Below, piece by piece: positions 58,051 through 64,000 of a DNA stretch of 64,000 nucleotides (position 1 is its first letter; every line of letters begins with the position of its first letter). Position numbers and translations under genes: made by a program. Source of the DNA: a candidate division WOR-3 bacterium (GTDB lineage Bacteria; Hydrothermota; Tepidihabitantia; Tepidihabitantales; Tepidihabitantaceae); the NCBI GenBank assembly GCA_039801085.1, contig JBDRTY010000001.1, positions 445,538 to 509,537 on the forward strand. The letters are read 5' to 3'. The notes beneath the pieces are model-generated. The model worked only from the letters and a program-made list of their open reading frames with translations. It was not told the DNA's origin and searched no databases.

Positions 58051-58598
58051 GGAGTCTCTGGAAGTGAGCTTAATATCTGAGCAAATGCCTGAAACGCAGC
58101 CGGCTCGAAAAGGACAAAACGTATCAGTTCGGGGTATTGATGTTTCTGGCAGTGGCGCAATGCAGCAGCAAGCATCAGCCGGGCACATGCCGGCACGGCG
58201 AATCCACCAACGCCGGTGCCCAATGCGGGAAAGGCAACCGATCTGATCTTCAGCCGTGCGGTTTCCTGGAGGGCACTGCTGGTAGCACAGGTAATCAATT
58301 CCGCATTCGTAACCAGATCCTGCTCCATGACCGCAGCATGGATACAGAACTTAGCCTTCAATCTGCCGGCGCTGGTAGTTACCGCTGCTCCCGGTTCAAC
58401 CGGTCCGAGTTTCATTGCCTCCTGTTCAATCTCGGCTCCGCCGCGGCGTTTGATGGCACCGGCGACACCACCACCCATCCAGAAGTGGTTGTTGGCAGCA
58501 TTGACGATTGCCTCAGTATCTTGGTCAGTGATGTCGCCGAGTATCACTTCCAGCCGGCAGTTACCCAAAATCCGGACAATGGGATTACAGGCGTTCAT
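58047..58598 (-). CDS. Macro-domain protein (O-acetyl-ADP-ribose deacetylase, YmdB-like)
   Basis: ILGDITDQDTEAIVNAANNHFWMGGGVAGAI...AFPALGTGVGGF macro-domain motifs. The start at the internal Met (MNACNP...) is approximate. Confidence 0.7.
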   Translation of the reverse strand: MNACNPIVRILGNCRLEVILGDITDQDTEAIVNAANNHFWMGGGVAGAIKRRGGAEIEQEAMKLGPVEPGAAVTTSAGRLKAKFCIHAAVMEQDLVTNAELITCATSSALQETARLKIRSVAFPALGTGVGGFAVPACARLMLAAALRHCQKHQYPELIRFVLFEPAAFQAFAQILSSLPETP

Positions 58599-59049
58599 AC
58601 TGCTCAATGATGGCATAGACTTCGTCCACTGAACCTGCTTGGAGCAGTCCGTTCCGGACCTCCTCCCGGCGCAGCAGACTGGAAAGTTTTGCCAGTGTCC
58701 AGATATACTCACGTTTGAGCGCTTCCGGAGCGGCGATCAGGAAAATAAGATGGGACAATTTGCCATCCAGACTGGAGAAGTCCACTCCGGTTTCGGAACG
58801 GCCAAAGGCGATCACCGCTTCCCGGACCGCATTGGTCCGGGCATGAGGTATGGCGACACCAAAACCGATTCCAGTGCTTTCAAGATTTTCCCGGCGCATG
58901 ATTGCGGAAATGAATTCTTGTTCGCTGGTGACCAGGCCGGCGGTAACCAGCGGTGCGGTGAGTTCTGCAATGACCGCCGACTTTTCCCGGCTGTTGAGTT
59001 TCAGGATAACTGCCGCAGGTAGCAGCAGTTCGGACACTTTTTTGGGCAT
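58585..59049 (-). CDS. PTS EIIA (fructose/nitrogen-regulatory PtsN type)
   Basis: GIGFGVAIPHAR active-site His region, 154 aa. Confidence 0.7.
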   Translation of the reverse strand: MPKKVSELLLPAAVILKLNSREKSAVIAELTAPLVTAGLVTSEQEFISAIMRRENLESTGIGFGVAIPHARTNAVREAVIAFGRSETGVDFSSLDGKLSHLIFLIAAPEALKREYIWTLAKLSSLLRREEVRNGLLQAGSVDEVYAIIEQYERL

Positions 59050-59474
59050 TACTCCTCCTTGTCCGTTTTGAAAAATACGACCGGTTTTTGAGAGTGCCGG
59101 AGCAGATGTTCGGGGGAAAAGGGAGTTTCGGCACTCACGACCAGCAGGTCAATCCTGTAACTTTCACAAAGTTGAGCAAGGCGTGCCAGCGGCTCGCCGG
59201 TTTCCAGCAAAAGTGAAACCCGGACGTTCTGATTAAAGGATTGATCCTCAATTTCATAGAGTACCTGCCAAGCCTTTTCTTCTTCCGATGAGTGTTTCCG
59301 AATTCTGCTGGTTCTTAATTCCTCCGGACCGGTGCGGTCTGAACCGGTGTCAGCCGGCAGCAGGTAGACTGCAAACAGGTGGGCATTCAGACGGGCGGCA
59401 AGGCTGACGGTCCAGCGGGCGGCGGGTCGGAACCGGACCGGACTTGAGAGTGCGAGCAGGATGCGATTGATCAT
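59049..59474 (-). CDS. Universal stress protein (UspA family)
   Basis: 141 aa alpha/beta Usp fold pattern ending ...DLLVVSAE...KPVVFFK. Confidence 0.6.
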   Translation of the reverse strand: MINRILLALSSPVRFRPAARWTVSLAARLNAHLFAVYLLPADTGSDRTGPEELRTSRIRKHSSEEEKAWQVLYEIEDQSFNQNVRVSLLLETGEPLARLAQLCESYRIDLLVVSAETPFSPEHLLRHSQKPVVFFKTDKEE

Positions 59475-60817
59475 TTGCCGACGCAGAAATTTTCAAATAT
59501 CCGGTTGAGAATCGCATCGGATGTAACCGGCTGGTCAATTGCGGTGAGCGCATCGAGTGCGGTCCGGACTTCAAACAGGCGGGTTTCCAGATTTTCACTC
59601 CTGATGCCTGCGCGGAGCGCATCCCGGCAGCGGGTAAGACATTCAATCTGGCGTTGAGTGAAGACTGGACAGGTTGCACTGGCAACCATCAGTTCCCGGT
59701 GTAGGCGTCGGCGCAGGAGATTCAGATTTTCGCCGGTTTTGCAGGAGACCGTCACCGGATTTTTCAGGCCGAGTTCTGCCGGCTGGAACCGCGGTGTGAG
59801 GTCCGACTTATTAAGCACCGGAATTTTAGGTTTGTCGGCAATCCGGGTTAAAATCTCCCGGTCAAGCGGTCGGACTGGCATCGAGCGGTCAAAGATGATT
59901 AGCACCAGATCCGCCTCGGCAATCGCCTTGGAAGTCTCAACCGTGCCCCGGCGGGTGAGCGGGTTGCGGGCATCAGGATGATAACCGCAGGTGTCAATGA
60001 GCCGGACCGTTATTCCACTCAGGTCAAGACGGGCTTCGATTCGATCCCGAGTTGTGCCGGGGATCGGGCTGGTCAGAACCCGCTTTTCTTGCAGAAGACA
60101 ATTGAACAGACTGGATTTGCCGACATTGGCTCTGCCCACGATCGCTACCGTCACCGGCTCAAAGAGCCGGTTAGTGGCTTCTGCCTGACTGATTTTCCGG
60201 TCAAGTTCGGTGATAAGCCGCTGAATTTTGCGGTCAATAGTGGCTAAATTGAATCCGGGTTTTCCCGGGTGGGACTCTTCGGCAAAACCCAGCCGGTACT
60301 CCAGTTCAGCGCACAGCTGATAAAGCGGTTCCTGCAGATGATTAACAAGCTTGGCGGTGGCACCGTTGTAGGCGTTGATGGCGACGCGCAGTGCGCGCCA
60401 GTTCCGGGCATGGACAATTCCTGCTACCGCTTCGGCTCTGGAAATGCTCATTTTCCGATTGAGAACCGCGCGCCGGGTGAATTCGCCCGGCTGAGCAAGA
60501 CGGGCACCCAGACGCCGGCACATCCGGACGATCCGGTCCACAATCAGCGGGCTGCCGTGAGATGAGATTTCTGCCATATCTTCTCCAGTATAGGAGCGTG
60601 GAGCGTGGAAAACGGTGATCATTACTTGGTCAATTAATTCCCCTTTTTCATCCCGGAGCCAGCACAGGCGGGCGGTGTAGCCGGGCCGGGCTTGAAAATT
60701 CTGGCCGGGTATGAGCCGTTCCAGCAGTGCAAAGGTGTCGGGCCCGGAGATTCTGATGACCGCGATCCCGCCAACTCCGCTGGGGGTTGCGGGGGCAACA
60801 ATCGTATCCTCTGTCAT
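59471..60817 (-). CDS. mnmE: tRNA modification GTPase MnmE
   Basis: N-terminal THF-binding domain, G-domain GRANVGKSSLFN, C-terminal FCVGK. Confidence 0.9.
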   Translation of the reverse strand: MTEDTIVAPATPSGVGGIAVIRISGPDTFALLERLIPGQNFQARPGYTARLCWLRDEKGELIDQVMITVFHAPRSYTGEDMAEISSHGSPLIVDRIVRMCRRLGARLAQPGEFTRRAVLNRKMSISRAEAVAGIVHARNWRALRVAINAYNGATAKLVNHLQEPLYQLCAELEYRLGFAEESHPGKPGFNLATIDRKIQRLITELDRKISQAEATNRLFEPVTVAIVGRANVGKSSLFNCLLQEKRVLTSPIPGTTRDRIEARLDLSGITVRLIDTCGYHPDARNPLTRRGTVETSKAIAEADLVLIIFDRSMPVRPLDREILTRIADKPKIPVLNKSDLTPRFQPAELGLKNPVTVSCKTGENLNLLRRRLHRELMVASATCPVFTQRQIECLTRCRDALRAGIRSENLETRLFEVRTALDALTAIDQPVTSDAILNRIFENFCVGK

Positions 60818-60832
60818 TGACCGCAGATTGCG

Positions 60833-61399
60833 TCAGCCCTTCGTTCCTGTCGAGGGTACGGTTTCCTGTGGTGCGATGATGACATTGCGGCGGGAGCCGG
60901 TGCCGACCGCATATACCCGCACCTGGGGCATGGTCGCAAGTGCATCCTGGACTACCGCCATTTCCTTCTCGCTCAGAAAGTCGAGCGCCATCTCCCGTCG
61001 GGTCTCGGTGACGATTTTGGCAACCGCCAGCGCCTTCTTACGCAGGAAGTTGTCCCGCCGCTGGAGATAGCCTGCAACATCCACGGTAATCGGCGCAATT
61101 TCCGGGAACCGGCGTCGGACAATTGTGCGCACGAGATGCTGCAGTGCCTTGAGTGTGGCACCGCGTCTGCCAATCAGAATTGCACTTGCCCGCTTGGTTT
61201 TGATGTTCGCCAGATAGCCTTCGTCTGTCCGGTTGACCTCAACCCTTGCCCGGATGCCGATGTGGTTGATCAGTTCCTCGATCACCCGGGCGATATGCTC
61301 TTCTTCAGAAGCCGGAACTTCGGGTGCAAATTGGGCATCGGCCTGGATCGCCGGATTTAATTCCCCCCCGGGTTCGGGGCTTTTCTGATTTTCTGCCAT
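60833..61399 (-). CDS. jag: Jag/KhpB-type RNA-binding protein (KH + R3H domains)
   Basis: KH-like IGRRGATLKALQHLV and R3H-like C-terminal region, in the conserved position after yidC. Confidence 0.75.
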   Translation of the reverse strand: MAENQKSPEPGGELNPAIQADAQFAPEVPASEEEHIARVIEELINHIGIRARVEVNRTDEGYLANIKTKRASAILIGRRGATLKALQHLVRTIVRRRFPEIAPITVDVAGYLQRRDNFLRKKALAVAKIVTETRREMALDFLSEKEMAVVQDALATMPQVRVYAVGTGSRRNVIIAPQETVPSTGTKG

Positions 61400-62916
61400 A
61401 GTGATCCTCCTTTGGTTGCGATCAGACTCTCGCCAATTGAGAGTATATTATAGATAAACCAGTATAACTGCAATCCGCTGGAAAGATTGAGAAAGATTGC
61501 AGTAATGAAGATCGGAAAGATTACCGTGAGTGCCCAGTTCTTTTTGTCAGTGGCAGTCAGCAGGTTCTGGGCGATGAATGATACCCCCATCAGAATCGGG
61601 AGCAGTCCGAGCGCAAAGCCCCCGACCAGTGGTACACCTCTCGGAATGTGTCCGAACAGTGTATCAGGCTGGGAGAGGTCCCTGAGCCAGAGAATAAAAC
61701 CTGCGCCCCGTAGTTCAATGAAATTGCGCAGGACCGCATAGAGGGCAAAGAAGACCGGCATCTGAACCAGCAGCGGCAGACAGCCGGAAAGCGGATTGAC
61801 CCGGTAGAGTTGATAAAGGCGCATAGTTTCCTGATTGAGCTGTTGCGGATCGTCCTTGTATTTCTTTTTGAGCTCCTCCAATTTTGGCTGCAAAAGTTGG
61901 AGCTGGCGCATCTGGCGGGTCTGAGTCCGGGTAAGGGGATAGAATATCAGTTTCATCACGAGCGAAAAAAGGACGATCGCCCCGCCCCAGTTGCGTACGA
62001 GCTGATAGAACAGCCGGAGGATAAACAGGATTGCGAGGGCAATCGGTTTAAGCCAGCCGAGACTGACCACATTCTCAAATCCGAGACCAAACCGGCGTAG
62101 CCGGTTGTATTCAATCGGTCCGAGGTAAATCAGATAACGGGCAGGGTTTTTGCTGATTGTGTGGGTTACCTGCATTCCGATTCTACCATCAGGCAGTGCC
62201 TCAGCCCGGCAGGAGTCGATGCCGGTCTGATTCACCAGAGCGGCAAAGAAGTATTTGGATTTCAGTCCCGCCCAGTCAGCCACTGCACTGAACGGCTTGC
62301 GCCGGAGATTCAAGGCAGCAATCTGATGCACCTTACCCGATGTGCGGGCATAGAAATGAAAATTGGCAAGGTCTTCCTTCAGGTTTGCCTCGGTGGTGGC
62401 GATGCCGCCACGGGCATCAAAAGTGAGTCGATTGAGGGTGGATTCGGCATCCAGCAGAAGCTGCAGGGTGTAGTCATCGCCGATTAGCCAAGTGAGGGTC
62501 AATCTTCCCGGGGCGGTGTGATACTGCAGAGTTAGGGAGGTGTCGGTGGTCTGATATCCACTCAGCAGGGACTGCGCAAGTTCCTTTATACCCAGAATCG
62601 TCTGTCCTTCGGGAATCAGCTGGACGCGGTAGTTTTTCAGATAGCAGGAGTTGATTGCGGCACTACGGCTAGAGATCGTAACCTCAAGAAACCGGTTACT
62701 CAGGGTGAAGCTGGTTTCCGGGTATTGATATTCAGGTTCGGTAGGAGTGGTAAGTACCGGTGTCTGGGGTTGGGACTGGACGATCAGCGATTCGACCGGT
62801 GCCGGTGCTGGTAGTGGAGTGGTTCGGGTCCGGCCTGGAAGCAGAAGCTGCCATAGGATGAGGATTACCATGATAATGGCAAAGCCGACAAGCATCCTGA
62901 GGTTGTCGGAATTCAT
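61357..62916 (-). CDS. yidC: Membrane protein insertase YidC
   Basis: N-terminal TM, periplasmic domain, conserved C-terminal 5-TM core ([19 protein letters not shown]). Confidence 0.85.
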   Translation of the reverse strand: MNSDNLRMLVGFAIIMVILILWQLLLPGRTRTTPLPAPAPVESLIVQSQPQTPVLTTPTEPEYQYPETSFTLSNRFLEVTISSRSAAINSCYLKNYRVQLIPEGQTILGIKELAQSLLSGYQTTDTSLTLQYHTAPGRLTLTWLIGDDYTLQLLLDAESTLNRLTFDARGGIATTEANLKEDLANFHFYARTSGKVHQIAALNLRRKPFSAVADWAGLKSKYFFAALVNQTGIDSCRAEALPDGRIGMQVTHTISKNPARYLIYLGPIEYNRLRRFGLGFENVVSLGWLKPIALAILFILRLFYQLVRNWGGAIVLFSLVMKLIFYPLTRTQTRQMRQLQLLQPKLEELKKKYKDDPQQLNQETMRLYQLYRVNPLSGCLPLLVQMPVFFALYAVLRNFIELRGAGFILWLRDLSQPDTLFGHIPRGVPLVGGFALGLLPILMGVSFIAQNLLTATDKKNWALTVIFPIFITAIFLNLSSGLQLYWFIYNILSIGESLIATKGGSLWQKIRKAPNPGGN

Positions 62917-63161
62917 CGTTCTATCATCCTTTGTTTTACTGAGGTTTTTTCCGGAACTGGGTCATACCCTCCCGGATTCAGAGGGTGGCATCTGAGGATA
63001 CGTTTCAGCGCCAGCCAGGTGCCGGCGCGGACTCCATGCCGGGATATCGCCTCGAGCGCATATTCAGAGCAGGTAGGGTAAAACCGGCAGGACCTAGGCA
63101 GAACTGTTCCCCAAGTCAGCTGATATCCCCGGATCAGGAGCACGACGAGTTTTGTGAGCAT
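62913..63161 (-). CDS. yidD: Membrane protein insertion efficiency factor YidD
   Basis: YQ..WG......CRF.P.CS.Y signature. Confidence 0.8.
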   Translation of the reverse strand: MLTKLVVLLIRGYQLTWGTVLPRSCRFYPTCSEYALEAISRHGVRAGTWLALKRILRCHPLNPGGYDPVPEKTSVKQRMIER

Positions 63162-63505
63162 GCTGATACCTCCTCAAAAAGTTTTCTTATCTCTTGTTTC
63201 AAAGCTTCAAAGCTGAGATTTTCTGCTCCGGGTCGGACTTGGACAATGTAATCATAACCTGCCGGTAACCATTCCTTGTTGCGACGGTAAATTTCCCGCA
63301 GCCGGCGTTTCAGCAGGTTGCGGATCACCGCACCACGGATTTTTGAGCTTAAATGGAAGGCGATGCGCCGGCCAAAATTGCGAGGTTCAGTTTTAAGATA
63401 TTTTAAGGTAAAAAGGGATGAAGCAATCCGCTGTCCCTGCTGGGTAATGGAGATGACTGCCCGGCGGTGCCGGACAATTTCCACCCGCTTGAGACTTTCG
63501 CGCAT
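63134..63505 (-). CDS. rnpA: Ribonuclease P protein component
   Basis: Basic 123-aa protein with RnpA RNR-like motif ([14 protein letters not shown]) in the conserved rpmH-rnpA-yidD-yidC order. Confidence 0.8.
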   Translation of the reverse strand: MRESLKRVEIVRHRRAVISITQQGQRIASSLFTLKYLKTEPRNFGRRIAFHLSSKIRGAVIRNLLKRRLREIYRRNKEWLPAGYDYIVQVRPGAENLSFEALKQEIRKLFEEVSACSQNSSCS

Positions 63506-63538
63506 CGGAGTAATTGTGCCGGAAGGGCACGGTTATGT

Positions 63539-63676
63539 TCATACGGTCAGACGGTGTCTGCCCTTACGCCGGCGGTTGGCAAGCACTCTTCTGCCACCGA
63601 CGGTTTTCATCCGGGCGCGAAAGCCATGCGTCCGTTTACGCCTGATCTTTGACGGTTGATAAGTTCTTTTTGGCAT
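63539..63676 (-). CDS. rpmH: 50S ribosomal protein L34
   Basis: Hand translation: [45 protein letters not shown] (45 aa). Missed by the track's 60-aa cutoff. Confidence 0.85.
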   Translation of the reverse strand: MPKRTYQPSKIRRKRTHGFRARMKTVGGRRVLANRRRKGRHRLTV

Positions 63677-63693
63677 ATGAATTCCTTTTGGTG

Positions 63694-63722
63694 ATTATAA
63701 GCATCCTGATAACAATAGTCAA
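63694..63722 (-). promoter_or_regulatory. Consensus sigma-70 promoter for rpmH operon (TTGACT-17-TATAAT on minus strand)
   Basis: cTTGACTattgttatcaggatgctTATAATcacc on the reverse complement, about 18 nt upstream of the rpmH ATG. Confidence 0.5.
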
Positions 63723-64000
63723 GATTTGCAGTAAAACCTCCATATTACAGTTATATTGGCGGCAGCGGCCTAATTTCCCATTTCCGGGTGCGCGGAAAAG
63801 ATGGCTTTTAAGATAACTTACTGATTTGCAACATTTTAGCAACACGGTCCCGGCTGATAATTATAAAAATGAGGGAGTTCACCCCCGGCGTAAACCCGGT
63901 GTTGGTTCTTTTACTCCGTGCAGTGCCGGTTATGCCCCTAAGCCGAGTCTACGTTCCGGAGCCGGTTTTCTGGATATATATAAGACGGAGCTGGGTCAGA

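Noticed and set aside
1-64000. CRISPR arrays, transposases, integrases, phage genes, toxin-antitoxin pairs
   Set aside because: No regularly spaced direct repeats and no recognizable mobile-element or defence proteins were seen. The only repeats are short (8-11 nt) intergenic motifs.
63677-64000. oriC/DnaA boxes adjacent to rpmH
   Set aside because: No TTATCCACA or its complement seen in the 320 nt available, so it is not claimed. The window ends too early to be sure.

Overview
This 64 kb window is a chromosomal segment of a bacterial genome with moderately high GC. It is densely coding: about 70 CDS, one tRNA, and no CRISPR array, transposase or integrase were seen.

The right half (about 36-64 kb) is conserved housekeeping. 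It carries grpE-dnaK-dnaJ; a macromolecular-synthesis-like operon rsmE-rpsU-mutS2-dnaG-rpoD-...-hflX; and ferredoxin, prfB (with the classical programmed +1 frameshift), rpmE and rho. It also carries a long minus-strand operon argS-nifS-iscU-glutaredoxin-like-FTR/rubredoxin fusion-MTH1187, followed by uspA, ptsN-like, a macro-domain gene, mnmE-jag-yidC-yidD-rnpA-rpmH.

The left and middle parts are accessory-like and more interesting:
- Three secreted enzymes carry type-IX-secretion (T9SS) C-terminal sorting domains: an M6/InhA-like metalloprotease translationally coupled to a bactofilin, a gingipain-like C25 peptidase, and an arylsulfotransferase-like beta-propeller. A PorV/PorQ-like outer-membrane barrel is also present.
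- A TPR-GAF-AAA-HTH sigma-54 enhancer-binding protein is followed by GAGACA-type repeats (a putative upstream activator sequence, UAS), a perfect TGGCAC-N5-TTGCA sigma-54 promoter and two tiny membrane-protein ORFs.
- An unusual carbon-metabolism island holds an IDH-family dehydrogenase, an HD hydrolase, two sets of archaeal-type LeuC/LeuD-like aconitase-family hydratases (one fused, one split), citrate lyase with fused gamma-beta subunits plus the alpha subunit, and CstA. Two tandem paralogous PLDc_N mini-membrane genes interrupt it on the opposite strand.
- A methylmalonyl-CoA cluster has a carboxyltransferase, the mutase catalytic subunit and an epimerase.
- A TonB C-terminal-domain gene is split by a frameshift in a T7/A7 homopolymer.

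Lineage is inferred only from gene content: T9SS cargo, heavy sigma-54 use and anaerobic metabolism suggest an FCB-group (Bacteroidota-related candidate phylum) anaerobe.

Coordinates of features not in the ORF track were read by hand and may be off by 1-2 nt.
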